From IMG/VR virus record IMGVR_UViG_3300010885_031309: a stretch of 64,000 bases of DNA. One strand, 5' to 3'. The translations under genes were made by a program, and so were the position numbers. A model generated the notes under the pieces. That model searched no databases. It was not told where the DNA came from and was given only the letters and a program-made list of their open reading frames with translations. Positions 10,756 to 21,172 of this stretch are shown one piece after another (the first letter of the stretch is position 1; each line of letters starts with the position of its first letter). The stretch comes from a virus (taxonomy: Duplodnaviria; Caudoviricetes).

Positions 10756-11507
10756 ATAATTTGTTTATCTTCTGACAGATCGGGAATATCAAAAATCCAC
10801 TGTTCAAGCATGTATTCGTTATAGTAATCAAATGGCATATAGAAATAACCACTATCGCCCCAGTTTTTCCCAAAACTGTTCTCAACGATAAACACTTTTT
10901 TGGAAATGTCGTATCCAACTAATAACACCGCGTGACCATCTGTTGATCCGCCATCTTCGGTTATTATTGAACGCTCTTCGGTCAAATCGTAAAATGATTC
11001 AAAAACTTCAATGCCAGAAACAACAGGGTAATAATTATTTATGGCATCTATTGCGTCCGCGATACTGATCAATCGTTCATATTTAGTAATTTGTCTATGT
11101 TTTGCCTCAGCGTATGCTTCATCGCTTGGTTTAGCAAACAAATTGTTTAATGTATATGACCAAATAGATTCTTTACACACTCCGTATGTTTTTAAGCCAC
11201 GCAGACCACTTTTGATGCTAGCCCCACTGTCCCAAGTTACAGTGTCTTCGTATATTCGTGCGTTGTAATATACAAACATTCTACTAAGTTCGGTATAGTG
11301 TTCTGGATATAAACGTTGAGTCATTAATTCATACGCACTAACCAACGCATTTCCGGTACAACTGCCAACTTGTTGTTGATTCTCAATCAACATTCCCCAT
11401 TGACGTAAATCAATCGCATCGGTTGATTGTTTTCCGGAATTAGAATATATGTAATTGTTAATATCCGGATCGCTGCTCTTGTATCTTAGAGTTTTTAAAA
11501 TATTCAT
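10752..11507 (-). CDS. Papain-like cysteine peptidase (C1A)
   Basis: QQVGSCTGNA, GHAVLLVGY, ENSFGKNWGDSGY. Confidence 0.9.
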   Translation of the reverse strand: MNILKTLRYKSSDPDINNYIYSNSGKQSTDAIDLRQWGMLIENQQQVGSCTGNALVSAYELMTQRLYPEHYTELSRMFVYYNARIYEDTVTWDSGASIKSGLRGLKTYGVCKESIWSYTLNNLFAKPSDEAYAEAKHRQITKYERLISIADAIDAINNYYPVVSGIEVFESFYDLTEERSIITEDGGSTDGHAVLLVGYDISKKVFIVENSFGKNWGDSGYFYMPFDYYNEYMLEQWIFDIPDLSEDKQII

Positions 11508-11571
11508 CAGTCACCCGCTCTGTATAATGCTTGAATGTGAAAAATATGACATGTTGTTTTCTTATGATTTG

Positions 11572-12201
11572 TTATTTTTTCTTAAACGAATCTAGAATAT
11601 CAGTTATTATTCTCGTTGACGTTGGAGTTCTGTTCTCTATCTCATTGGCAACTTTTAGACGAGTGTATGCTAACAAATTATCAGGCAGATTGAAGTTTTT
11701 CATGCCAGGAATTTTTTGACTATCATTTTCAAATGCTTCAATTTGAGATACATTTGATTTAACTTCATCTGGTTTATTCTCTACTGTTTCTGTTTTATTT
11801 TCTGTTGGTGGAAGTTCTTTAACTTCTTCTTTAACTTCTTCTTTAACTTCTTCTTTAACTTCTGTAACTGGCTCGGAAACTGTATTCGCAGAGATGTCTT
11901 CAGTATTTTTAAGTTCTTCTTTCGGCTCTTCTATGATAGATTTAATCATTGGTTTTAATTTTTCTTCTTTTGATATTTGAGTATCAACGAATTCCATTAG
12001 ACTACGAGCCTTTTCCAAAATTAGCGTTTCTGTTGGGAATGGAGGGAATGAAGGATGTTCTAACTTTGTTCTACTAATCATCCATGCCTTCTCGCTTTCA
12101 ATTATCCACCGATTATGATCTTGCGCTTTCTTATCGTGATACTCAAGCATCAAGAGTTCTTTTGCTATTTCTAGCATCTTAACATTAATATCTTTACTCA
12201 T
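11572..12201 (-). CDS. Hypothetical protein with EEVK tandem repeats
   Basis: 209 aa ORF; 12-bp repeat around 11819-11860. Confidence 0.65.
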   Translation of the reverse strand: MSKDINVKMLEIAKELLMLEYHDKKAQDHNRWIIESEKAWMISRTKLEHPSFPPFPTETLILEKARSLMEFVDTQISKEEKLKPMIKSIIEEPKEELKNTEDISANTVSEPVTEVKEEVKEEVKEEVKELPPTENKTETVENKPDEVKSNVSQIEAFENDSQKIPGMKNFNLPDNLLAYTRLKVANEIENRTPTSTRIITDILDSFKKK

Positions 12202-12515
12202 GGGTATCTACGTCTTTCTGCTCTTAATTGATTTACGATAGAGTTTTGTTGAACATCATACATATAACCGAAATTGCTTATATTTTGGCTTACATTTGAT
12301 AATTGACTATCATATATGTAGTTATTGTATGGATATGGATTATAGTATGGACGATAGTATGGATATGGATTATAGTATGGACGATAATAATTATCATATC
12401 TACGTCTAAACATAACATCAGTATAGTAGTCGCCTAATCTTTTCATAATAATTCTCCTAGATAATGTGACATGAGCTGTCGCGATAAAGTGGCGAGACAC
12501 TTTCGCATGACGCAC
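12198..12515 (-). CDS. Tyr/Pro-rich small protein (YYRPYYNPYP repeat)
   Basis: 27-bp tandem duplication; start probably MKRLGDYY. Confidence 0.55.
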   Translation of the reverse strand: MRHAKVSRHFIATAHVTLSRRIIMKRLGDYYTDVMFRRRYDNYYRPYYNPYPYYRPYYNPYPYNNYIYDSQLSNVSQNISNFGYMYDVQQNSIVNQLRAERRRYP

Positions 12516-13065
12516 TCATTGCGTATTCCTTGTGAAATACGAATGTAATATTACGATTGCTTGATGAGTTCTCTTCTTTTACCACAAGAGCTTTACAATC
12601 TTTAATATTTCTGGGAAGTGTAATAGTAACCGATCCATCACTAGTAACGCCAATATAATAATCATCCATCGTAGCAGTGCGGTCTTGTGATACCAGAATT
12701 GTCTTGCTCCTCCAATTACACTTTCCAGTCGGGCCAGTAAATTCTGAAGACTCTGATTTTCCACGAGTGCCAGATTTTCCAGATGAGTCACTCTCTTCAC
12801 TATATCCGTGTGAATTATCATTTCCAGATGTAGTAGCCGGTCCTCCATGTCTCTGTGAACTTGTTGATCCGGTCGGTTCGGTAGGTTCAGTGAGTCCTGA
12901 GAGAGATTTGTATCCATTATTATCTCCTTGATTTATTATAACGATGTCGTTTTCGAGATCATCGTTAATGCGATTGTCGGCGAAGTTAATACTGGTGTCA
13001 GCTTGAACTACGTCTAAACTTGAAGTAGTTGCTATGAGAAATAAGTATGTCATAGTATATTCCAA
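12457..13065 (-). pseudogene. Eroded collagen-like protein paralogue
   Basis: TATMDDYYIGVTSDGSVTITLP matches the domain of neighbouring genes, but the G-X-Y tract and terminal W.I motif are degraded. Confidence 0.5.
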
Positions 13066-13932
13066 CGTGTTCCATCAAACACCACAATCATACCAGACTC
13101 GCTACCTAAAGTTTTGAAAGCAGCACTGTCAAGAGTTTGCCCGCCCGATCCTTGAACTTTAATATTTCCATTTGATTGATTTTTTACATAATAAACTCTA
13201 CCACGAATACCTTTAGGTAGAGTAATGGTTATGTTACCAGTAGTAGCACCTACATAATAATCATCATCGGTAATTGTGTAATTTGTACTAGTTAATTTAA
13301 CGTTGACCTTTTCACAGCAATCATCGTCTCCGCCGGTAGCACTTAATACACCACTTGAAGTAATAGACAACCCATTACCAATCTGAACAACGCCCAAGCC
13401 AGTGGTAGTTGCTATAACAGCATCCAATGTGACAGGAACAATACCTGCCGGCTGAATTACACCTGATGGGGGATTTTGTTTTAACGCAGTCCCCGCCAAG
13501 ACAGTTTGCGGTTGTCTATTGTAAGCCATATTATAAAATCAACCACTGTGTGCCGTTATACACAAGTGTCAATGATCCGTATGGTGCGTTGATAACAGCA
13601 GTTGGTGACCCGTCGATTGTACCAGCAGTTGGTGTAATAGTAATAGGAGTTGCCGGAGCAGCCAATCCTAAACCATCTTTGATTGTGAACTCTTGGCCCA
13701 GTACACCAGCTGGTAATGTTACTGCGACAGCAACTGGTCCGGGAACTGCTACGTCAATTATATTATCAGTTGCGGCTACTACTGTAATAGGAGTTGCCAC
13801 TGCGGTTCTAATATCTACGATTGTAGCGCCACTTGAACTGATGGTAATAGTAGTAGCACCTGTAGCGGTTGTTGGTGTTACTGTGATGCCTGCTCCCGCG
13901 GCGATTGATAACGAGTTATTTGTATATGACAT
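13050..13932 (-). CDS. Two paralogous beta-rich proteins (13050-13529, 13531-13932) with DYY.G..ITLP...KD..G...IDG...Y.GT.W domain
   Basis: Shared C-terminal domain, also present in 14503-15042. Confidence 0.7.
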
Positions 13933-13951
13933 TTAGTTTCTCCTTTTATGT

Positions 13952-14518
13952 TTATACTTGTAATAGTGTCACTCTGACACTGGGGCTTGCAGGCCGTATC
14001 GGGTCTACTTGTGTCGGCACTGCCAGTAAAATAGCATTGGCACTAGTGCTGTGCCAGGCTAATTCTAAATATTGTTCTGCCGTGATTGTCAACGTGTAGT
14101 TGGCTGCGATGATCTGTGCGGCATTATTATTACTGATAGTAAAATTACTATTACTATCAGCAATGTCAACACCATTTAATCTTAACCATACATCGACATT
14201 AGCAGCAGTTCCGCCTGCTGTTTTAGCAAACTGCATAGTGTAGGATAATGTATAGTTTCCTGTTTTACTTACTGTAAATTGTGTTCCCGCGACTAGTGTA
14301 ACACCTTGACTTAATGTAGTGTTGGTACAACTAACAATGTTAGTGACTAATAAATTTGTCTGCGTTAATGTACTGTAAAAGTATCCAACATCTAATGCGG
14401 CTGCGAGATCAACGCTAACTATGCCATTTGAGACATTCAGTCCAGTGTCGGCTCGCATAATGCCCCAGTTGGAACTGGTTGCGAATGACTCCTTGTAAGT
14501 CATCACGCTATACTCCAA
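13952..14518 (-). CDS. BclA-CTD/C1q-like domain protein
   Basis: [13 protein letters not shown]...VWLRLNG beta-sandwich pattern. Confidence 0.55.
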   Translation of the reverse strand: MEYSVMTYKESFATSSNWGIMRADTGLNVSNGIVSVDLAAALDVGYFYSTLTQTNLLVTNIVSCTNTTLSQGVTLVAGTQFTVSKTGNYTLSYTMQFAKTAGGTAANVDVWLRLNGVDIADSNSNFTISNNNAAQIIAANYTLTITAEQYLELAWHSTSANAILLAVPTQVDPIRPASPSVRVTLLQV

Positions 14519-15042
14519 TTAGTTCCGTTGAATACTAATTGTAAGCTACCAAAATTAGTGTTAATCGTAGCTGTGCCTCCATCAACTAGTTGTCCACCTG
14601 TACCTTGTACAGTAATTGGATTATTTGCCGCATCGCCAAAACAATCTTTAACTATGTAAACTGTGCCTAATATTCCAGTTGGTAGAGTAATTGTAACTGG
14701 AGCATTGGTCAACACACATAAAAAATAATCAGTGCTTAGTGCTGTATACGTTGCGGTGGCAACATCAGTTACTGTTACTGGGCTAGGATTACCACTTGGT
14801 CCCGGTGGTCCTGGTGGACCTTCCGATCCAATTTCTCCTTGTGGGCCTGGAGGGCCTGGAGGGCCTGGAGGGCATTCGCAATTTTGTTCTTGTATTACTT
14901 GTCTGACGTTAATAATATCATCACCTCCAGTTTGAAACTGTTCGGCATAATTTATCGCCTGTACGGCATAAGAAACTTCACTGGTCCTTAATTGTTCCAT
15001 TAAAGTTCTTAGTTCTATTAATCGTCTCTCTAATGAATCCAT
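14503..15042 (-). CDS. Collagen-like (GPP) protein
   Basis: [25 protein letters not shown] tract. Confidence 0.85.
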   Translation of the reverse strand: MDSLERRLIELRTLMEQLRTSEVSYAVQAINYAEQFQTGGDDIINVRQVIQEQNCECPPGPPGPPGPQGEIGSEGPPGPPGPSGNPSPVTVTDVATATYTALSTDYFLCVLTNAPVTITLPTGILGTVYIVKDCFGDAANNPITVQGTGGQLVDGGTATINTNFGSLQLVFNGTNWSIA

Positions 15043-15056
15043 TTACAATCTCCAAG

Positions 15057-15083
15057 CAAAAAAGGCGGGCAATTGCCCGCCTT
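15057..15083 (-). terminator. Intrinsic terminator
   Basis: AAGGCGGGCAATTGCCCGCCTT followed by T-run. Confidence 0.85.
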
Positions 15084-15093
15084 GAAGCTCACT

Positions 15094-15783
15094 TTAGCGA
15101 ACGTTGTTTGATGTTGAAGTTTGTCCAACACCAGCCATTGTGCCAAAGTTTACCATTCCTTGACGAGTCTCTTGTAGTTGACTCTGAAATGCCTGTAGCT
15201 GACTGTTTAGAGCCTGCCACTGACCTTGGTCATAACGACCGCGCCAATGACGACCGTCATCAAGAGCGGCAACCAATTCAGTATTACGCTCAATCAGATT
15301 ACGATTCAACCCATCATCGTTGAGTTTATTGATCAACTCGCGAGTTTTTTCTGCTTGTCCGTCAATCTTATCGCTTAGATAAGTTGACTGTCTAGCCAAA
15401 TCTACTTGCGTCTTGAGTGCGTTGATCTCAGCGTCCTTAGATGCGCCCATAAATCCGGCGACCATTGCCTGCTGCGCAGCGATGACTTGAGCACGGATGT
15501 CTTGCGTGTCGCGAGCAACGTCAAAGAACCGAGAGTCTAGACGATCTGCGTTGCGATCTACGTCTGCTGAGATTCTTGATGTAGATTCACTAACACGACT
15601 GTTGATATCAAAGCGTGCGTCTTTGATAGCGCCCTGAGTGCTGTAATCGCCCTTTAGGCCTTCTTTAACGATTTCATTTGTGTGCTCGGCTCCTTCACGA
15701 CGAATGTCGCTTAGACTTGCGGTGGTTTGTTCTGGGTAGTTGTTTACATAGCCAGTAACTGTACCTGATACGATATCTGCCAT
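15094..15783 (-). CDS. Coiled-coil hypothetical protein heading the collagen cassette
   Basis: 229 aa ORF with RBS. Confidence 0.7.
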   Translation of the reverse strand: MADIVSGTVTGYVNNYPEQTTASLSDIRREGAEHTNEIVKEGLKGDYSTQGAIKDARFDINSRVSESTSRISADVDRNADRLDSRFFDVARDTQDIRAQVIAAQQAMVAGFMGASKDAEINALKTQVDLARQSTYLSDKIDGQAEKTRELINKLNDDGLNRNLIERNTELVAALDDGRHWRGRYDQGQWQALNSQLQAFQSQLQETRQGMVNFGTMAGVGQTSTSNNVR

Positions 15784-15887
15784 TTTTATTTTCTCCTAAA
15801 AAATATGAGAGATTTTTATGTCTCTCATATCTACTTACTTGGAGAAAAAAGCAGGTAAGCACTACTATAGTATATTATGTACCAAAT

Positions 15888-16622
15888 TTACACAATTGTT
15901 CTTTCACACTCAGAGTGATCTTTTGCAAACACTGCAAGTTGAGTTCTGTTACGCACTTTGTATTTTTTTAACAGAGCACCCATGTGTAACTTTACGGTGC
16001 TTTCGCTAATGTTTAACATTTTTGCAATAACTTTATTACTAACACCGCGACTGGCAACAATGTTAAAAATTTGCCGCTGTCTTGGAGTAAGATTAATGAA
16101 ATTTTTAACTTGATCCGTTCTTTTTTTACGAGTCAGCATTTCTTGTACTTGTGCGGGTAGCGTGTTATCATTGATAATGATGCTTCGCAGTGAATTGGAA
16201 ACTTCATCGTCGCTGTACCCATCTCCAGATCTTAACCCAATAAAAGAAATCATCGGTAGCGACATAATTTCTTTAATAAGCTCAGTTGGTGTTTTTGTTC
16301 CAACTAAAATAACAATCTTGGTTTCTCTGCAACACAGTGTTTGCGTATCATCTTTGACATGAGTGCATGCCAGTAAAGTTGCTAGTGTGTTTAGTACAGC
16401 AAACACATCAACATTGTTTACACAGTGTAACTGTTCCAAATCAATACTTATATAATCACAGTAAAAAGTTTCACTACTAAGTAGCGGTAATAATTCATTT
16501 ATCGTGTTCAATAAAATAAACGAGATTGGAAATTCTGTGGTCAGTCTATCTATTAATATTTTTTTCTGCTCATGCTCAACATTCGGACAAATAGTTACCA
16601 TGATTTTTTTATTTTCAGTCAT
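15888..16622 (-). CDS. LuxR/NarL-family transcriptional regulator (degenerate REC-like N-terminus)
   Basis: LTPRQRQI...SNKVIAKMLNISESTVKLHM...RNRTQL. Confidence 0.85.
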   Translation of the reverse strand: MTENKKIMVTICPNVEHEQKKILIDRLTTEFPISFILLNTINELLPLLSSETFYCDYISIDLEQLHCVNNVDVFAVLNTLATLLACTHVKDDTQTLCCRETKIVILVGTKTPTELIKEIMSLPMISFIGLRSGDGYSDDEVSNSLRSIIINDNTLPAQVQEMLTRKKRTDQVKNFINLTPRQRQIFNIVASRGVSNKVIAKMLNISESTVKLHMGALLKKYKVRNRTQLAVFAKDHSECERTIV

Positions 16623-16865
16623 TTTAGTTCCTTCGGTAGTATACTAAGTATATAGAATAATTGTAGAGTTGAATAGCTATGCCCAAGTATGACATATACT
16701 AAAGTACTAGTATGTTATACTGTAAAAAAATAGTGTTCAACACAACAGTAACTAATTTTAGTAGTGTTTGTATTAATATACAAATTCAAAATCATTGGTG
16801 TTTGATCTAGATCAAGAACATACTGTTCCAATCTAAGATCATGTCGTTTTCTCAGTCTAAATGAA

Positions 16866-17414
16866 TTATTTCTTAGAATTTTGTTTAATCTTAACGATTA
16901 CAAATTGAGCATCGTATAAGTTATCGTCTCCTTCCGTTACTTCATCAATATACTCAGCAATCATTAAATCTTGTAGAGCAATTGACAATTTAAATTCTTC
17001 TTGAGTCAATGATTGTTGCCATGCGTTCAACTCGGTGACCGAATTGATTGACCACATTTTTACAATCATCTCACGCTGTCGCGTTGTTAGATTGTCTATG
17101 TTCACTCGTGTTAAAAGATAATTATGACTTTAGTGTAATACTTCTACTATATTTCCAAAATCATCAATTGCTTTTTTCAGTTCTTCAGGAGACCAACCAT
17201 TATCTACAAGAATTTCTATCATTCTGGTGTAGAGTGTAAAGCATGCCATACCAGGAACATAATTCTCGTCGTTGTTTTCAAAGTCAAACTTTTCCAATTT
17301 TGGTAGTATGTCATCATCTAAAAACTCTTCAGCAATATGATGAGTATAATCAAATTCCCAATCTTCGTAAGTAACTTCTTCAGTAGAAATAATTTCGCTG
17401 TTGTCGTTTTTCAT
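16866..17414 (-). CDS. Two acidic hypothetical proteins (16866-17105, 17130-17414)
   Basis: ORF track. Confidence 0.6.
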
Positions 17415-17489
17415 TATAAACTCCTGTATAGACTATAGTATTTATCTACTATAACACTATACGAGAGTAGTGTCACTATTTTTAAGTAA

Positions 17490-17921
17490 TTAGCGATATC
17501 TGTAATTTACCGAATCCTGATTCTCTCTGAATATTACTGCTCCGTTTTTTAGATGAAATTTACGAGCCATTTCTGTTTTTGGACTTAGCGTCACAAAGGT
17601 ATTGATATCGCTGTATCGCTGATTTATTGCAGATAAACATTCACGCAACAATTTAGCTCCATCACCTGGGCGGTAACTCCATATGGAGTAGAAAACGGCA
17701 GTAGTTGGGCACGATGATGTTTTTATCAAATCAGTAACTGATTCAGGAATAAAATCATGCAAACTAATGCACACCATGCTTGTTGGTCGCTGATCTTCTA
17801 CCAACGCTGCAATAAATCTATTTTCAGAAACGCGAAATTCTCTTGAAATTTCCGGCCGTACTGGATCATCAGAAACGAACGCGAGAAGTGGGTCTTGTGA
17901 GGTAGTAATAAGATGTAGCAT
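17490..17921 (-). CDS. Possible GNAT-like protein
   Basis: FYSIWSYRPGDGAKLL resembles an acetyl-CoA-binding motif. Confidence 0.4.
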   Translation of the reverse strand: MLHLITTSQDPLLAFVSDDPVRPEISREFRVSENRFIAALVEDQRPTSMVCISLHDFIPESVTDLIKTSSCPTTAVFYSIWSYRPGDGAKLLRECLSAINQRYSDINTFVTLSPKTEMARKFHLKNGAVIFRENQDSVNYRYR

Positions 17922-18028
17922 AATAATCGTATTTATGATGTAGTTAAAAAAATAGCATATTATGTGAAAATAGAGACTATAGTATTTCTACCATAGTCTC
18001 CATGTCAAAGTTATTTCAAAGTCTATTT

Positions 18029-19414
18029 TTAGACAACAGCATATCGTGGCTGATTGATTGTGTCAAGCATGATACTTTGTGGTGTAAACTCGCCTGCTGC
18101 AAGTATGCTTTTCATAATAGCAGGACTAAATCCACTGACTAGCGCAACGCCACTCTTGTTAAATTCAACCGGAACATTACTGTGACTACTGAGATTCCAG
18201 AATACAATTCGTGGCACGCTGTATCCAGCGGCCTCATACTTGCGTTCAATCATCCGAATTGCGCTATCATTATGTGATGTACACTCGTCAAATTGCATGT
18301 CACTTAAAATCAAAATATACTTTGGCATATCCGATGCTGACACCCGCTGATTGACGGCAACGTTCAACACCGCTTCAAAAGCACCATGCAAATTAGTGCT
18401 CATGCCCCAATCAGCCGACTGTAGTTGGCTGCATTTGCTTAGGATATCTCCTCGCAGGACTTCCAATCGTGTATTCTCACTGAAGGTCAAGAACATATCC
18501 TTGAATGGTCCACGATTCTTGTCTGCACAATATAAACCAAGTGCCACACTGATGTCAATGCACTGTAGATTACGATTTCCACCAACAGGACAACACATGC
18601 TGCCACTAACATCTACCATAGGCAGCACATTAGCATCAGACATATAGTTAGGCAATGCCTCCCATTGTGCTGCGGCAACCTCCGCATCTCCTGCACCAAT
18701 GCTGCGCACAACATCATGTGGGTATACGGCAGCAGCATTTACCTTGGCTTGTCCAGTCTTTAGTGCCGTCTTGTATGCAGTATACGCAACTGAAGCATTG
18801 CGACTAAAAGCCTTTTGATAACGTGCAGCCGCCACGCTTGGCACATGACTAAAGTTGATATTATCCCAATCCTTGGCACACATTTGTGTTTCTACAACCT
18901 TAGTCAAATTGACCAGTGTCTTACGATATTGCTTTGGAGACATACCAAGATGATCGCGCAATTCAATTGCGATATCACCCTTTCTCGGTAGCCACTTAGC
19001 ACACAGAGCTTGATTATCTGCTAGTGCTGCGTCAATCATGTCGTATGCCTTGGTCTTGAATTCCTTAGTTTGGAACACAAGTAGATCATCCCAACGTCCC
19101 CATTCTGGAACATGCGGTAGTACCCGATCCAATGCTTCTGGATGTAGATTTTCCAAATGCAACAGAATGTCACGGAAAATCTGCCGTTCTCCAGCACCAC
19201 CACGAACATCCCGCGCCCATGCAGCAACACGAAGTGCTAGTGTGCGATCAAACTGAAATGCTCGTTCAAACTCTGGGACAATTTGCTTTCCACGACTTGC
19301 GCCGATCTTGTAAAAAAGATCCACCACTGGGTTTGTGGTTGACTCTAGTGCCGCCATACCGTTAGTGGTACGTGCTTCTACTACTGTGCTTTGTACTGCT
19401 TGTGCGAATGTCAT
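18029..19414 (-). CDS. DUF2828 TROVE-like + vWA protein (Ro60-related)
   Basis: RDVRGGAGER, GRWDDL, AKWLPR and MIDAS DVSGSM ... SDMQFD motifs. Confidence 0.85.
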   Translation of the reverse strand: MTFAQAVQSTVVEARTTNGMAALESTTNPVVDLFYKIGASRGKQIVPEFERAFQFDRTLALRVAAWARDVRGGAGERQIFRDILLHLENLHPEALDRVLPHVPEWGRWDDLLVFQTKEFKTKAYDMIDAALADNQALCAKWLPRKGDIAIELRDHLGMSPKQYRKTLVNLTKVVETQMCAKDWDNINFSHVPSVAAARYQKAFSRNASVAYTAYKTALKTGQAKVNAAAVYPHDVVRSIGAGDAEVAAAQWEALPNYMSDANVLPMVDVSGSMCCPVGGNRNLQCIDISVALGLYCADKNRGPFKDMFLTFSENTRLEVLRGDILSKCSQLQSADWGMSTNLHGAFEAVLNVAVNQRVSASDMPKYILILSDMQFDECTSHNDSAIRMIERKYEAAGYSVPRIVFWNLSSHSNVPVEFNKSGVALVSGFSPAIMKSILAAGEFTPQSIMLDTINQPRYAVV

Positions 19415-19429
19415 TTCTTTTTTCCTTTC

Positions 19430-19486
19430 AGATTAAAGCCCACTTGGGCGATTTTTATACTATAAACTAATTGCTGAATTTAATCT
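19430..19486 (-). ncRNA. CAGC-bulge hairpin element E1
   Basis: AGATTAAA-TTCAGCAA...TTTAATCT; abuts the RBS of the TROVE gene. Confidence 0.65.
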
Positions 19487-19496
19487 AAGATATAAC

Positions 19497-19537
19497 AGGA
19501 TGAGCGATACAGATAATTTATTTGCTGTACTCATCCT
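19497..19537 (-). ncRNA. CAGC-bulge hairpin element E2
   Basis: AGGATGAG-TACAGCAA...CTCATCCT. Confidence 0.7.
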
Positions 19538-19617
19538 ACAAAAAATTATACTACACGTTCTTCTGCATTTCAATAACTTTCGGCTATTCTCTCAGTTGTA
19601 GTAGTATAAAAAACAAC

Positions 19618-19762
19618 AGGGTAGTTTTTGCCTTTTTAGTTCAAGTGAGAAGTCTAACTCACCTTAACTGAACGAAAACAAGATACGCTTCGCTGATTTC
19701 TCAGTGCTTATCATGTTTACTTTAACAGTCGTTGCTGTAATAGAATTCGCTGAACCTACCCT
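19618..19762 (-). ncRNA. CAGC-bulge hairpin element E3 (long form)
   Basis: AGGGTAG-GTTCAGCGAA...CTACCCT; shares about 43 nt with E4. Confidence 0.7.
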
Positions 19763-19770
19763 AAAACTCA

Positions 19771-20193
19771 CTAATTTTGTCCTTGATTCTCACCCAGATC
19801 ATTTTCAAAGATATAGTGGCCACCACGCCGACTTTGAACCCAACAGAAACTCCACAACATGTTGTTTTTCATCATGGCTTCAATAATATCTTCGTTGCCA
19901 CTCCACCCCGCGGTGGAAATATTATATTGCCTGAGAGTTTTGCTAGAGTTGTCATCTTTGATCTCTACCTCATGCCATCCCCAGCTAGCAAGATGCCACA
20001 CTGACTTGATGAACTCAAACCAGCCACTGGCATCCTCCCAATCCCAAATTTCAATTGCCCTCAAACAATCACGTGTGGGATATCCATCGTTGTCTAATAG
20101 ATTATTGTCGGCTAAGATACTATCTACTTCAGAAATTACGCTTTCGCGCCTCTGTTGTGTCAGATGACGAAACTCTACAATTTTTTCGTTCAT
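19771..20193 (-). CDS. Conserved hypothetical protein
   Basis: STAGWSGNE...RGGHYIFE motif; 140 aa. Confidence 0.65.
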   Translation of the reverse strand: MNEKIVEFRHLTQQRRESVISEVDSILADNNLLDNDGYPTRDCLRAIEIWDWEDASGWFEFIKSVWHLASWGWHEVEIKDDNSSKTLRQYNISTAGWSGNEDIIEAMMKNNMLWSFCWVQSRRGGHYIFENDLGENQGQN

Positions 20194-20339
20194 ATCTTAT
20201 CCGAGAAATAATCAAATTAACACATAATCTTCTTTACCACAGCCACACTCTGGGCACACAAAGTCATCGGGAAGTGTTTCCCACACGCCTTCTAGCTCTT
20301 CGTTGTGTACGTGATCACATACTACACAAACATGATCCA

Positions 20340-20789
20340 TTATAGTGTCTCCAATACTTCTTTGTACGCAGCGGCATGTCGCTGCTCAACTTTTGTCAAT
20401 GCAGAAAAACGCTTTTCAGCCTTGAGTAGAACAGCCCTAAATTGTTCAGCATGTTCACGACTCTCTGCTGTTTGCTCTGCTGCAATGTTCGCAGCTTCTA
20501 GCTCGCCCTCACGCATTGCCAATGATTGAAATTGTGGATACATTTCAGTGTACTCATATGTTTCACCAGCGATTGCCTTTTCTAGGCATTCCTTAGTTGA
20601 TGGTTTACCAACTAGCAATTCAAGATGACTCCACGCATGTAGAATTTCCTGATCCGCTGTGTATTCAAAATGCTTTGCTACTTCCTCAAAGCCCTCTGCA
20701 CGTGCCAACTTAGCAAAGTAACGATACTTTACGTGAGCCATGCTTTCGCCGGCCAATGCCGACTCAAGGTTTTTTAGTGTTACTGACAT
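20340..20789 (-). CDS. Rubrerythrin (short, ferritin-like)
   Basis: GES.A..KY..FA, QE..HA, GE.YE...MYP, ES.EHA motifs. Confidence 0.9.
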   Translation of the reverse strand: MSVTLKNLESALAGESMAHVKYRYFAKLARAEGFEEVAKHFEYTADQEILHAWSHLELLVGKPSTKECLEKAIAGETYEYTEMYPQFQSLAMREGELEAANIAAEQTAESREHAEQFRAVLLKAEKRFSALTKVEQRHAAAYKEVLETL

Positions 20790-20814
20790 ATATTCCTTTT
20801 TGTAAAAATAAAAC

Positions 20815-20914
20815 GGGATAGTTTTTGTCTTTTTAGTTCAAGTGAGAAAACTAACTCACCTCGTCAGGCGAACCCGATCATCCATAGTTTTATAAAATTC
20901 GCTGAACCTATCCC
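20815..20914 (-). ncRNA. CAGC-bulge hairpin element E4 in rubrerythrin leader
   Basis: GGGATAG-GTTCAGCGAA...CTATCCC. Confidence 0.7.
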
Positions 20915-20950
20915 AAATCTGTTTGTTGTTGCGATTTATGTATTATGTCA

Positions 20951-21160
20951 TCATTTGACTTTGTTTTCAACTGTTTTGGATGTATTACTTGACTTAGTTT
21001 TAACCAAGTTAGCGAGATTCATCCATACCAATCTACTATTGTCTGGGCGATGAACTTCAACAAAATCAACGCCATCAACGCGGCGCCGATTATCAAAGTT
21101 TTCACACACCCACATTTCACCAGTGCGAGGATTAGCAAGAGTTACAGATTTTGTCTTCAT
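20951..21160 (-). CDS. Hypothetical protein
   Basis: 69 aa ORF with RBS. Confidence 0.55.
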   Translation of the reverse strand: MKTKSVTLANPRTGEMWVCENFDNRRRVDGVDFVEVHRPDNSRLVWMNLANLVKTKSSNTSKTVENKVK

Positions 21161-21172
21161 AAATATTCTCCT

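Noticed and set aside
12579-12917. 112-aa alternative-frame ORF inside the eroded collagen gene
   Set aside because: No motif; likely a shadow frame, and a programmed frameshift could not be supported
14732-14935. Gly/Pro-rich plus-strand ORF
   Set aside because: Antisense shadow of the collagen GPP codons
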